From Burkholderiales bacterium (GTDB lineage Bacteria > Pseudomonadota > Gammaproteobacteria > Burkholderiales > Eutrophovitaceae): DNA of 39,700 nucleotides. The stretch lies in the NCBI GenBank assembly GCA_035512195.1, contig DATKEK010000139.1, positions 1 through 39,700 on the forward strand, in the 5' to 3' direction. The notes under the pieces were generated by a model. It was not told where the DNA came from, did not search any database, and was given only the letters and a program-made list of their open reading frames with translations. The translations under genes and the position numbers were made by a program. Numbering within the stretch: the first letter of the stretch is position 1; every line of letters starts with the position of its first letter. Below are positions 1 to 12,692 of this stretch, piece by piece.

Positions 1-2411
<2,411 letters not shown>

Positions 2412-2412
<1 letters not shown>

Positions 2413-3890
2413 TGGGAAAGCCGACCGGGTTCATGGAGATTCAGCGGGTGAACGAACCCTCGCTGCCGGTTTCCGATCGCGTCAGGAATTACCGGGAGTT
2501 TGTGCTCCATCTGCCCGACGACCAGGCCGGCAGGCAGGGTGCGCGCTGCATGGATTGCGGCATTCCCTTCTGCCAGCCCGGTTGCCCGATCAACAACATC
2601 ATTCCGGACTGGAACGATCTGGTTTACCGGCAGCAGTGGCGTCAGGCGCTGGACGCGCTGCACTCTACAAACAATTTCCCGGAGTTCACCGGCCGCGTGT
2701 GTCCAGCACCCTGCGAAGCGGCCTGCACGCTGAACATCAACAACGACCCGGTTACGATTAAGTCGATCGAGCACGCGATCATCGACAAGGGCTGGGACGA
2801 GGGTTGGGTGAAGCCGCAGACGCCAGCACGCAAGACCGGCAAGAAGGTCGGCGTGGTCGGGTCCGGCCCGGCCGGGCTTGCCTGTGCTCAGCAACTGGCG
2901 CGTGCGGGACATGACGTGGTGGTGTTCGAGAAGAACGACCGGATCGGCGGCTTGCTGCGCTACGGGATTCCCGATTTCAAGATGGAGAAGCGGCATATCG
3001 ACCGCCGGCTCGAGCAGATGCAGGCCGAGGGTGTGGAGTTTCGCCCCGGAGTTTGCATCGGACGCAAGGCGCCCGACATCAAGGGCGTGTACAACCTGGC
3101 GCAGGAGTTCGTTCCGGCCGAGCAACTGCTGGAGCAGTTCGACGCGGTGGTGCTGGCCGGCGGTGCGGAGAACCCGCGCGACCTTCCGGTTCCAGGGCGC
3201 GAACTCGGCGGCGTGCATTTCGCCATGGAGTTCCTGCCGCAGCAGAACAGGACGGTTGCCGGCGCCAACGTGGCGGGGCAGATTCTGGCGACCGGCAAGC
3301 ACGTGATTGTCATCGGCGGCGGCGACACCGGGTCGGACTGCGTCGGCACATCCAATCGCCAGGGCGCCCTGTCGGTGACGCAATTCGAGCTGATGCCGAT
3401 GCCGCCCGAGGAGGAGCACAAGCCGCTGACGTGGCCGAACTGGCCGATCAAGCTGCGCACATCGTCGTCGCACGAAGAAGGCTGCAACCGCGACTGGGCG
3501 GTCTCCACCAAGCGACTCACCGGCAGCAAGGGCAAAGTGGAGAAGCTGGTCGCAGCGCGGCTCGAATGGAAGAAAGACGCGGGCGGGCAGATGAAGATGC
3601 AGGAGATGCCCGGAAGCGAATTCGAGATGCGTGCCGATCTGGTGCTGCTGGCGATGGGCTTTGTCAGCCCCGTGCATGCCGGGCCGTTGGAGGAACTTGG
3701 GCTCGAACGCGATCAGCGCGGAAACGTCAAGGCCGATACCGACGATTATCGGACTTCCAACCCCAAGGTGTTTGCGGCGGGCGATATGCGCCGCGGCCAG
3801 TCGCTGGTGGTGTGGGCGATTCGTGAGGGACGTCAGTGTGCGCGGGCAGTGGACCTTGCGCTGATGGGCGCTTCCGAGTTGCCGCGTTGA
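2412..3890 (+). CDS. gltD: glutamate synthase small subunit (NADPH)
   Basis: 492 aa. Cys clusters CMDCGIPFC and CPAPCEAAC. Dinucleotide folds [12 protein letters not shown] and [13 protein letters not shown]. Directly follows gltB. Confidence 0.95.
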
Positions 3891-3925
3891 GGCTGCAATC
3901 GCAAAGGTTTCAGATCGCCCGACTC

Positions 3926-3963
3926 CCGCCGGCGCCATACGGCCCGACGCCGTGCGCCGGCGG
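3926..3963 (+). terminator. GC-rich hairpin after gltD (terminator-like, no U-tract)
   Basis: ccgccggcgc (3926-3935) pairs with gcgccggcgg (3954-3963). Inner acggc/gccgt stem. No T-run follows. Confidence 0.3.
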
Positions 3964-3989
3964 CAACTGAACCTCTGCACGCCAATCCA

Positions 3990-5051
3990 GTGACCCGCCC
4001 GAAAAACGACACACTGCTCCGTGCACTCATGCGCGAGCCGACACCGTATACGCCGATCTGGGTCATGCGGCAGGCCGGCCGTTACCTGCCGGAGTACAAC
4101 CAGGCGCGCGCCCGCGCCGGCAGCTTTCTGGATTTGTGCAAGAACCCGGATTTCGCCACTGAAGTGACGCTGCAACCGCTTGCGCGATTCCCCCTGGATG
4201 CCGCGATCCTGTTCTCGGACATCCTCACCATTCCGGATGCGATGGGTCTCGGCTTGTATTTTGCCGAGGGCGAAGGCCCGCGTTTCGAGCGGCCGTTGCG
4301 TGACGAATGGGAGATCCGCAACCTCGCGGTTCCGGACCCGGGCGATCACTTGCGCTACGTGCTCGATGCCTGCGTGCAGATCCGCAAGGCGCTGGCGAAC
4401 TCGGTGCCGCTGATCGGCTTCTCCGGTAGCCCTTTTACGCTTGCCTGCTACATGATCGAGGGCCGCGGCGGCAGCGACTTCCTCGAGGTCAAGCGCATGC
4501 TGTATTCGCGGCCGGACCTGATGCATGCGATTCTGCAGGTCAACACGCAATCGGTTGCGCGCTACCTGAATGCGCAGATCGAGAGCGGCGTGCAGGCGGT
4601 GATGCTGTTCGACACCTGGGGCGGTATTCTTTCCGACGCCGCGTTTCGCGAGTTTTCCCTGCACTACCTTTCGCGAGTGTTCGATCTGCTGAAGCGGGAC
4701 AGCGCGGGCACCGCGGTGCCCCGGATTGTTTTCACCAAGGGCGGTGGGCTCTGGCTGGAAGCGCTGGCTATGACCGGCGCGGACGCCGTGGGTCTGGATT
4801 GGACGATTGATATCGGACAGGCGCGCGCGCGTATCGGCGACCGCGCCGCGCTACAGGGAAATCTCGACCCCGGGGTGCTACTTGCCACGCCGGAGGCGGT
4901 GGCAAGCGAGGCCAGCCGGGTGCTGGCCGCATTCGGTACCGGGTCGGGACATGTTTTCAATTTGGGGCATGGCATTTCCCAATACACACCGCCGGAAAAC
5001 GTTGCCGCACTGGTGGACGCGGTACACACCGTAAGCACACACTTCCACTAG
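3990..5051 (+). CDS. hemE: uroporphyrinogen decarboxylase
   Basis: GTG start. N-terminus [36 protein letters not shown] is the canonical HemE signature. 353 aa. Confidence 0.95.
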   Translation: MTRPKNDTLLRALMREPTPYTPIWVMRQAGRYLPEYNQARARAGSFLDLCKNPDFATEVTLQPLARFPLDAAILFSDILTIPDAMGLGLYFAEGEGPRFERPLRDEWEIRNLAVPDPGDHLRYVLDACVQIRKALANSVPLIGFSGSPFTLACYMIEGRGGSDFLEVKRMLYSRPDLMHAILQVNTQSVARYLNAQIESGVQAVMLFDTWGGILSDAAFREFSLHYLSRVFDLLKRDSAGTAVPRIVFTKGGGLWLEALAMTGADAVGLDWTIDIGQARARIGDRAALQGNLDPGVLLATPEAVASEASRVLAAFGTGSGHVFNLGHGISQYTPPENVAALVDAVHTVSTHFH

Positions 5052-5085
5052 CTGCCGCGTCATCGGTTGTGTCGCCGACCGCTGC

Positions 5086-5269
5086 TTATGCACAGCTTGG
5101 GGCCGCTACGATGTGGGTGGTCGGTTGATTCTTGGACTGCCGAGGGCTTTTTTAATACCATGATTTTGCTCATATAATTTTCGTGGTTTGCCCGAAGATC
5201 AAGACTGACGCCGAGTTCCGCCTTGTCAAGTGTTTCGACCGACGATTTTCATCAACAGACTTATCCACA
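5086..5269 (+). promoter_or_regulatory. two DnaA-box-like 9-mers flanking an AT-rich tract with a TATAAT hexamer, upstream of priA
   Basis: TTATGCACA at 5086-5094 and perfect TTATCCACA at 5261-5269, same orientation. AT-rich 5146-5182 contains TATAAT at 5173-5178. Confidence 0.35.
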
Positions 5270-5372
5270 GGCTATCCTTCCTGCAAATCCAGCCGGGCGA
5301 GTGGGTTAACGATAGTTTTCAAAGAACCTGAACGAGGCATCGCGGCTCAGCCGACCGCGGATTTTCACTCCG

Positions 5373-7559
5373 ATGCGAATTGCGCGCGTTGCCCTTGATG
5401 TACCGCTCGACGCGTTGTTCGATTACGACGCGGGCGAGCTGGCGCTTGAATCTGGCTCGATCGTGGTCGTCCCATTCGGGCGACGCCGCGCGATCGGCGT
5501 GGTAATGGAAACTGCAGCGCAGAGTGCGCTGCCGCGCGAGCGTTTGCGCCGGGTCGAGCGGGTTCTGCAGATTGCGCCGCTGCCCGATGACACAATGAAG
5601 CTCGCAACCTTCACCAGCGAGTACTACCGCTGCCCGCTCGGCCAGGTCTTGAGCGCCGTGCTGCCGACCGCGCTGCGCCGGCCTTCCCACGGCGAGCGCG
5701 TGCGGCTGTGGGAGTACGCGATCACCGAGCAGGGCCGCGCGTTCGATCCGCAGGCGCTGCCAAAGCGGGCGACCACGGTGCGCCGGCTGTTTGACGCCCT
5801 GCGCTCGAGCGGCCACGTGGACAGCGTGCAGGCGCGCCTGCTTTGCCCGCGCGCACCCGCCGTGTTGTCGGAATGGATCGACGTCGGCCTGGTCGAGAAG
5901 CGTGCAGCGGCTGCGAGGCAGAACCCGCCGCCGCCGACGGCCTCCGGCGCTGTTGAGGCACCTTCGCTGACCCGGGAGCAGGCCGAGGCGGTGCGGCGGA
6001 TAAGCGGAACATTCGGCACCTTCGCGGCGTGGCTGTTGCAGGGCGTGACCGGCAGCGGCAAGACAGAGGTATACCTGCAACTGATACAAACGGCTCTGCT
6101 CCGCGGCGAGCAGGCCCTGCTGCTGGCGCCGGAAATCAACCTGACGCCGCAGCTGGAGGCGCGTTTGCGCGCGAGGATTCCGCAGACAAGCTTTGTCAGC
6201 CTGCATAGCGGCCTGGCCGAGGGCGAGCGTCTTGCGCGCTGGGAAGCGGCCCGCAACGGCAGCGCTTCGCTGGTGCTGGGCACGCGGCTCGCCGTGTTCA
6301 CCCCGTTGCCGCGGCTCGGACTGGTGATTGTCGACGAGGAACACGATGCCTCGTTCAAGCAGCAGGATGGACTGCGCTACTCGGCGCGGGATCTCGCCAT
6401 CTACCTGGCGAAGCAACGCGCAGTGCCGATCGTGCTGGGCTCGGCGACCCCCTCGCTGGAGACTTATCTCAACGCACGCAATGGCCGCTACGGACATCTT
6501 CGCCTGAGTACGCGGCCGGCAGCGCTCGCGCCGCGCGTGCGCCTGCTGGGGATGCGCGACGCGCGCCTGCACAACGGGTTATGTAACGAGACCGTCGAAG
6601 CGATACGCGATCGGCTGGACCGCGGCGAGCAGAGTCTGATTTTCATCAACCGGCGCGGTTTCTCGCCGGTGCTGCTGTGCCGCGATTGCGGGTGGACCGC
6701 CGAGTGCCGCCGTTGCGCCGCTCGCCTGACGTTGCATCTGCGGGCGCGCCGGTTACGCTGCCATCACTGCGGGCACGAACAGCCGCTGATCGCCGCCTGT
6801 CCGTCTTGCGGAAACCAGGACTTGCGCGGCCTCGGGCACGGCACCCAGCGACTGGAAGAAACGCTGGGCGCATTGTTTCCGCAAGCCGCAGTTCTGCGGA
6901 TCGACAGCGACAGCACGCGCCGCCGCGATGCGTTCGCGCAGATGCGCGAACGCATCCATGCCGACGAAGTCGACATCATCGTCGGCACGCAGATGCTGGC
7001 CAAGGGTCATGACTTTCCGAAGCTCACGCTGGTCGCAGTGGTGGACGCGGACCAGGGGCTTTTCAGCGGCGACTTCCGGGCTGGCGAGCGGCTGTTCCAG
7101 CAACTGGTGCAGGTGGCGGGACGCGCAGGACGCGCGGACCTCGCCGGCGAGGTGCTGGTGCAGACGCAGTTTCCCGAGCACCCGCTATATCAGGCGCTCG
7201 CGCGCTCGGATTTCGACGGATTTGCGGACGTGCTGCTGGCCGAACGGCAGAGGGCGGGCTTTCCGCCGTACGTATTTCAGGCCGTCCTCAGGGCGGAAGC
7301 GCTCGACGAGACCGCAGCGCTGGACTATCTGGCAGTGGCCGCGCGAAAAGCCCGGGCGCTCGATCTTCCGGTGACGGTGTACGACCCGGTGCCGGCCGCG
7401 ATGCCCAAGGTCGCTGGTCGTCACCGTGCGCAGTTGCTGGTGCAGGCCGCGGAGCGCAGGGCATTGCAGCGGTTTCTGGCGCACTGGCAGCCACAGGTGG
7501 CGGGAGAATCTGCGCGCCGGGTGCGTCTGGGCCTGGATGTCGACCCGATCGAGCTTTAG
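5373..7559 (+). CDS. priA: primosomal replication restart helicase PriA
   Basis: 728 aa. Walker A GVTGSGKTEVY, DEEH box, Cys-rich zinc region CRDCGWTAECRRCAARLTLH...CHHCGH...CPSCGN. Confidence 0.93.
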   Translation: MRIARVALDVPLDALFDYDAGELALESGSIVVVPFGRRRAIGVVMETAAQSALPRERLRRVERVLQIAPLPDDTMKLATFTSEYYRCPLGQVLSAVLPTALRRPSHGERVRLWEYAITEQGRAFDPQALPKRATTVRRLFDALRSSGHVDSVQARLLCPRAPAVLSEWIDVGLVEKRAAAARQNPPPPTASGAVEAPSLTREQAEAVRRISGTFGTFAAWLLQGVTGSGKTEVYLQLIQTALLRGEQALLLAPEINLTPQLEARLRARIPQTSFVSLHSGLAEGERLARWEAARNGSASLVLGTRLAVFTPLPRLGLVIVDEEHDASFKQQDGLRYSARDLAIYLAKQRAVPIVLGSATPSLETYLNARNGRYGHLRLSTRPAALAPRVRLLGMRDARLHNGLCNETVEAIRDRLDRGEQSLIFINRRGFSPVLLCRDCGWTAECRRCAARLTLHLRARRLRCHHCGHEQPLIAACPSCGNQDLRGLGHGTQRLEETLGALFPQAAVLRIDSDSTRRRDAFAQMRERIHADEVDIIVGTQMLAKGHDFPKLTLVAVVDADQGLFSGDFRAGERLFQQLVQVAGRAGRADLAGEVLVQTQFPEHPLYQALARSDFDGFADVLLAERQRAGFPPYVFQAVLRAEALDETAALDYLAVAARKARALDLPVTVYDPVPAAMPKVAGRHRAQLLVQAAERRALQRFLAHWQPQVAGESARRVRLGLDVDPIEL

Positions 7560-7606
7560 CAAGCGAGCAGTCGATATAATCCGGCTTTTTTGCCAGCGCA
7601 TCCGCC

Positions 7607-9346
7607 ATGACCACGCTTCCGGACCTTCGCGCCATGCTCGAATCGGCGCTGCGCGATGCGCTTGCGATCGTCGCTCCAGAGGCTGCTTCGATTGCAATCG
7701 TTATCGAGCGCCCGAAATCGCCGCAGCACGGCGACTTTGCTTCGAACGTCGCAATGCAGCTGGCGAAGCCGCTGAAGCGCAATCCCAGGGACATTGCCGC
7801 CGCTATCGTGGATGCGTTGCCGCCGAACGCGTGGCTGGACAGCGCCGAAGTGGCCGGCGCCGGTTTCATCAACTTCAGATTGCGTTCGTCGGTCAAACAG
7901 CAGGCGGTGGCGGCGGTACTCGAACAGCAGGATGCCTATGGCCACAGCGCCGCCGGCCGCGGCGAGAAAGTGCAGGTCGAGTTCGTGTCGGCCAACCCGA
8001 CCGGCCCGCTGCATGTGGGCCATGGCCGCGGGGCGGCTTACGGCGCGAGCCTGGCAAATGTGCTGCAGGCGGGCGGCTTCGAGGTGACGCGGGAGTATTA
8101 CATCAACGATGCCGGCAGGCAGATGGACATTCTTGCGCTCTCCACCTGGCTGCGCTACCTGGAAATTGCCGGCGAAACCGTGCCGTTCCCGGCGAACGCC
8201 TACCAGGGCGACTACGTACGGGCAATGGCGTACGCAATTCATGACGCGCACGGCGGGCGCTATGCGCATCCGGCCGCACGGGTCGTCGAGAAACTTCCTG
8301 CGGCGGATGCCGATGCTGAAGCGCACCTGGACGCGCTGATCGCGAACGCCAGGGGTGTGCTTGGTCCGGATTACGCATATGTCCACGACTTCGTGCTGAC
8401 CGAGCAGCTGGGTGACTGCCGTAACGATCTGCTCGAGTTTGGCGTCACCTTCGATGTCTGGTACTCGGAGCGTTCGCTGTTCGATTCCGGTCTGGTCGCG
8501 CAGGCGATCGCGCTGCTCGAATCGCGCGGGCACCTCTACGAGCAGGACGGTGCGAAGTGGTTCCGTTCGACCGCATTCGGCGACGAGAAGGATCGTGTGC
8601 TGCAGCGGGAGAACGGTCAGTACACCTATTTCGCGAGCGATATCGCATATCACCTGAACAAGCTCGATCGCGGCTTCGATCGAGTGATCGATGTGTGGGG
8701 CGCCGACCATCACGGTTATATCCCGCGGGTGCGCGGCGCGCTCGAGGCGCTTGGCCGCGATCCGGCCAGACTGACGATCTCCTTGGTGCAGTTCGCCGTG
8801 CTGTACCGGGGTGGGCAGAAAGTGTCGATGTCCACCCGTGCCGGCGATTTCGTGACCTTGCGCGAGTTGCGCGAAGAAGTGGGCAACGATGCCGCGCGGT
8901 TCTTCTATGTATTGCGCAAAAGCGACCAGCATCTCGATTTTGACCTCGATCTCGCCAAGTCGCAGAGCAACGAAAACCCTGTTTACTACATCCAGTACGC
9001 GCACGCACGCTGCTCGAGCGTCCTCGAACGCTGGGGCGGGGAGGTTGCCGGGCTTGTCAACGCGGACAGCTCGCTGCTCGTTGAAGAGCAGGAATTGGCG
9101 CTGCTCCAGGAACTGCTGGCGTTCCCGGAAACCATCGTAGCGGCAGCGCAGGACCTCGCGCCCCACCTGATCGCGTTCTATCTGCGCAATCTGGCGGCGT
9201 TGTTTCACAGCTATTACAACTCCACGCAGATCCTGGTGGACGACGATGCGGTGAAGACGGCGCGACTCGCGCTGGTCGTCACGATACGCCAGGTGTTTCG
9301 CAACGGACTCGCTCTGCTCGGAGTCGGCGCACCGGATAAGATGTAA
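7607..9346 (+). CDS. argS: arginine--tRNA ligase
   Basis: 579 aa. Class I HIGH-type motif SANPTGPLHVGHGRGAAYG and MSTR (KMSKS-equivalent). DALR-like C-terminus. Confidence 0.95.
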   Translation: MTTLPDLRAMLESALRDALAIVAPEAASIAIVIERPKSPQHGDFASNVAMQLAKPLKRNPRDIAAAIVDALPPNAWLDSAEVAGAGFINFRLRSSVKQQAVAAVLEQQDAYGHSAAGRGEKVQVEFVSANPTGPLHVGHGRGAAYGASLANVLQAGGFEVTREYYINDAGRQMDILALSTWLRYLEIAGETVPFPANAYQGDYVRAMAYAIHDAHGGRYAHPAARVVEKLPAADADAEAHLDALIANARGVLGPDYAYVHDFVLTEQLGDCRNDLLEFGVTFDVWYSERSLFDSGLVAQAIALLESRGHLYEQDGAKWFRSTAFGDEKDRVLQRENGQYTYFASDIAYHLNKLDRGFDRVIDVWGADHHGYIPRVRGALEALGRDPARLTISLVQFAVLYRGGQKVSMSTRAGDFVTLRELREEVGNDAARFFYVLRKSDQHLDFDLDLAKSQSNENPVYYIQYAHARCSSVLERWGGEVAGLVNADSSLLVEEQELALLQELLAFPETIVAAAQDLAPHLIAFYLRNLAALFHSYYNSTQILVDDDAVKTARLALVVTIRQVFRNGLALLGVGAPDKM

Positions 9347-9358
9347 ACTTGGGCCGTC

Positions 9359-9901
9359 ATGAGTCGGGATTACAAGAGCAGCGGGACTCCAATCGGGCGC
9401 GGGAATCCGCTGGGAATCGGCGTTCTGATCGGCGTTCTGCTCGGCCTGTGCCTTGCGCTCGGTGTAGCGCTATACATCAACAAGGGTCCTTCGCCGTTTG
9501 TCGACAGGCAGCGGGCGGCAGAGAAGAAACCCGAGCCGCAGGCGGCAGTAAAGCCGGCTGAACCAAAACCGCGATTCGACTTCTACAAGATACTTCCGGA
9601 AACCGAGGAAGCGGTGACCGAGGAAATTAGGCGCGCCCCGCCGCCCTCGGCAAAGGAGGTTTACTTCCTGCAGGTGGCGGCGTTCCAGAATCCGGCCGAT
9701 GCCGACAACCTCAAGGCGCGGCTGGCGCTGACGGGGATCGAGTCCAGGATCCAGACCGCGCAGCTTCCGGACGGGAAAATCTGGCATCGCGTGCGGGTCG
9801 GTCCGTTTACCGACATGAAAGAACTGGATGCATCGCGCGCGGTTCTTACGGACAACAACTACGAGGCCAACCTGATCAAGGTGCGTGACCCGGCTTCGTA
9901 G
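9359..9901 (+). CDS. SPOR domain-containing membrane protein (cell-division associated)
   Basis: N-terminal TM helix LGIGVLIGVLLGLCLALGVALYI. C-terminal SPOR-like YFLQVAAFQNPADADNLKARLAL...WHRVRVGPF. Confidence 0.8.
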   Translation: MSRDYKSSGTPIGRGNPLGIGVLIGVLLGLCLALGVALYINKGPSPFVDRQRAAEKKPEPQAAVKPAEPKPRFDFYKILPETEEAVTEEIRRAPPPSAKEVYFLQVAAFQNPADADNLKARLALTGIESRIQTAQLPDGKIWHRVRVGPFTDMKELDASRAVLTDNNYEANLIKVRDPAS

Positions 9902-9929
9902 ACATCGGAATTCTTCAGGAGTATCGGTT

Positions 9930-10571
9930 ATGAAACGTGTTCTCGTTATTTTGCTCGCGCTTGCCGCAACTGCATCCGCTGCGCTGTACGCGCAGTCGCG
10001 TCCGACCGCCGGTACCGAGTACCGCATGGTCAACCCCGCACACCCCGTCAGCGGGACCAAGATCGAGGTGGTCGAGTTCTTCAATTACGCCTGCCCGCAT
10101 TGCTACGACTTTGAGCCGCTGCTCAAGACCTGGCTTGCCACCAAGCCGGCCGACGTGGAGTTCCGCTACGTGCCCGCGGTGTTCAACCAGCGCATGCTTC
10201 CGCTGGCACGCGTTTACTACACGCTGGAAGAAATGGGCCTGCTGGACAAGCTGCACATGAAGGCCTACGCAGCCATCCACGAGCAGGGGCTGCGGCTGGA
10301 TGAGAAGGCGGTGCTGATGCGCTGGGTGGCGGAGCAGGGCGTGGATGCCGACAAGTTTCACGCGGTGTTCGATTCGTTTAGCGTGGGCACCAAGGCGCAG
10401 CGTGCGGCGCAAATGACGCGCAACTACCGGGTGCCCGGCACGCCTTACGTGGTTGTAAACGGCAAGTACCTGACCGGCCCATCGATGACGCTCAGGGCCG
10501 ACGGCGGCGTGGACGCAAATCGCTTCATGCAGGTGCTGAATGGGCTGATCGACATGGCGCGCCGGGGGTAG
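9930..10571 (+). CDS. dsbA: thiol:disulfide interchange protein DsbA
   Basis: ATG at 9930 preceded by AGGAG (the listed ORF starts earlier at 9885). Signal peptide MKRVLVILLALAATASAALYA. Thioredoxin-fold active site FFNYACPHCYDF. Confidence 0.88.
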   Translation: MKRVLVILLALAATASAALYAQSRPTAGTEYRMVNPAHPVSGTKIEVVEFFNYACPHCYDFEPLLKTWLATKPADVEFRYVPAVFNQRMLPLARVYYTLEEMGLLDKLHMKAYAAIHEQGLRLDEKAVLMRWVAEQGVDADKFHAVFDSFSVGTKAQRAAQMTRNYRVPGTPYVVVNGKYLTGPSMTLRADGGVDANRFMQVLNGLIDMARRG

Positions 10572-10573
10572 GC

Positions 10574-11218
10574 GTGCGTTTATCCCTGAAGTTCCCCGCG
10601 CGCCTGCTGGGGGCGACGCTGATACTGGCCTGCACGCTGGCGCGTGCAGCGCCAATGCAGGACGTCGATTATGTCCTGGTCGACATGCGCCCGCAGGCGG
10701 GCAGCGAACGCATTGAGGTTATCGAGTTTTTCTATTATGGCTGCGGCACCTGCCACCGCTTCGATCCGCTGCTCGACGAGTGGCTCGCCGCCAAGGCTGA
10801 GGACGTGGACTTCCGGCGCGTTCCCGCGCTGCGCCGGGTCGACTGGATTCCACTGACCCGCCTGTATTTCGCCCTCGAGGAGCTCGGCGTGTTGCCGCGC
10901 CTGCACGGCGAGGTGTATCGCAGCGTGCACCAGCGCGGTCGGGGCCTGCTGACGAAGTCGGATCTGGAGAACTGGGCGGAAGAACAGGGGCTGGACCGCG
11001 CGCGCTTCGAGCAGGTGCTGATGTCGGAGGAAACCGTGATCAAGGTGCAGCAGGCGCGCGACACCACGGTCGAGTATGGCATCCGCGCCACGCCCACGCT
11101 GGTGGTGGACGGCCGCTATCTCACGACCGGCGGCATGCTCGGCAGCGTCGAGCGGCTGGTCGAAGTGCTGAATGGGCTGGTGGCGATGGCGCGCGAAGCG
11201 CGCCGGGGAAATGAATGA
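10574..11218 (+). CDS. DsbA-family thiol:disulfide oxidoreductase paralog (CGTC active site)
   Basis: GTG start 3 nt after the dsbA stop. Signal peptide. FFYYGCGTCHRFDP active-site region aligns with that of the upstream DsbA. Confidence 0.8.
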   Translation: MRLSLKFPARLLGATLILACTLARAAPMQDVDYVLVDMRPQAGSERIEVIEFFYYGCGTCHRFDPLLDEWLAAKAEDVDFRRVPALRRVDWIPLTRLYFALEELGVLPRLHGEVYRSVHQRGRGLLTKSDLENWAEEQGLDRARFEQVLMSEETVIKVQQARDTTVEYGIRATPTLVVDGRYLTTGGMLGSVERLVEVLNGLVAMAREARRGNE

Positions 11219-11993
11219 TTCTCCGGCACCGCTCAGGGTTGTCATCACCGGTTCGTCGAGCGGAATCGGACAGGCGCTCGCCAGGGAATACGCCCGGCGC
11301 GGCGCGACGCTCGGGCTGATCGCCCGCCGGGGAGACCTGCTCGACCAGCTCAAGAACTCCCTGCCTGTCCCGACTCACACTTACGTGGCAGACGTGCGGG
11401 ACGCTGCAGCACTGCGCGCCGCGGCGCGTGATTTCATCGCGAGGGCCGGTGTGCCGGACATCGTGATTGCAAATGCCGGGGTATCGGCCGGCACCCTTAC
11501 CGGCAGGCCGGAAGACAATCCGGTATTCGACGAGATCTTCGCCATAAACGTCACCGGCCTGATGCTGACCTTTCAGGCTTTCTTCGCGGAAATGCGTGAA
11601 CAGAAGCGCGGGGTGCTGGCCGGCATCGCGAGCGTCGCGGGCTTCCGCGGCCTGCCCGGTGCGGCCGCCTACAGCGCTTCCAAGGCGGCGGCCATCACTT
11701 ATCTGGAGAGCCTGCGGCTCGAACTGCGTGGGTCCGGCGTAGACGTGGTGACGGTCTGCCCCGGCTACGTCGCCACGCCGATGACTGCGGAGAACCCGTA
11801 CCCGATGCCGTTCATCATCGACGCCGAATCCGCTGCCCGCGATATTGCCCGGGCCATAGACCGGCGTCAGCGATTTCTGGTGATTCCCTGGCAGATGGCG
11901 CTGGTCGCTGCGTTGCTGCGTTCGCTGCCGCGCCCGCTGTTCGATGTGCTGTTTGCGCGCGCGCCGCGCAAACCCCGCCGCGAGCGCACCTAG
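11211..11993 (+). CDS. short-chain dehydrogenase/reductase (SDR)
   Basis: ATG at 11211 overlaps the upstream stop. TGSSSGIGQALA Rossmann motif and YSASKAA catalytic motif. Confidence 0.85.
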   Translation: MNDSPAPLRVVITGSSSGIGQALAREYARRGATLGLIARRGDLLDQLKNSLPVPTHTYVADVRDAAALRAAARDFIARAGVPDIVIANAGVSAGTLTGRPEDNPVFDEIFAINVTGLMLTFQAFFAEMREQKRGVLAGIASVAGFRGLPGAAAYSASKAAAITYLESLRLELRGSGVDVVTVCPGYVATPMTAENPYPMPFIIDAESAARDIARAIDRRQRFLVIPWQMALVAALLRSLPRPLFDVLFARAPRKPRRERT

Positions 11994-12688
11994 GCAGACC
12001 GTTCGAGGTACGCCCGCAAGCGCGCATCCATGATCCGCCGCCACAGCGGCGGCAGCAGCGCGACTACCACCATGGTGGCGTAACCCGCCGGACGCTGTGG
12101 ACTGTCCTCGATATGCCGCAGGAGCGGGTAGGGCCGGCGCGGGAACAGGTGATGATCCGGGTGGCGCTGCAGCTGCAGCAGGAACAGGTTGGTCAGCAGA
12201 AAGCTCGAGTTCCACGAATGCTCCGCGCCCACCGGCAGGCAGGTACCGTCCGCCCGCCGCTTCCTGGAAAGGCCGTAGTGTTCGATGTAGTCGATGAGTT
12301 CGAGCAGCGCGATTGCCACCAGGCTTTGCAGCAGGAAGAACGTCAGCCCGCGCCAGCCCAGCCACGCCAGAAAGAAGGTCGCGATACCGAAGGAAACCAG
12401 CGACCACCCGATCAGTTCATTCCTGAATGACATTGTGCGCAGTCCGTTCTGTGCAAGCCGCTGCGCCTCCAGCCGCCACGCCTTGCAGAAGTTTCGCGGC
12501 AGCAGCCGGATGAAGTAGCGGTAAAAGGATTCCCCCGCGCGCGCAGTGGTCGCATCCGCGCCGGTGCCGATGTCGGCATGATGCCCGCGCACGTGCTCCA
12601 CCTTGAAGCTGCCGTAACACGCGCTGGCCAGCAGCAATCCGCCGCACACACGTTTGACGCGTGTAGTCCGGTGAATCAGTTCATGCAC
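11990..12688 (-). pseudogene. alkB: alkane 1-monooxygenase (AlkB)-like membrane di-iron hydroxylase lacking its N-terminal ~135 aa
   Basis: ORF opens right at His box 1 (V/M-HELIHR). Then EHVRGHH, DYIEHYGL, LQRHPDHH. An in-frame TGA lies ~10 codons upstream, and the intact HAD gene occupies the space where TM1-3 would be encoded. Confidence 0.6.
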
Positions 12689-12692
12689 ATGG

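Noticed and set aside
5052-5372. Chromosomal origin (oriC) next to hemE, as in alphaproteobacteria
   Set aside because: There are only two DnaA-box-like sites, no cluster of boxes, and no 13-mer-type repeated AT unwinding elements that I could see. It is kept only as a possible regulatory site.
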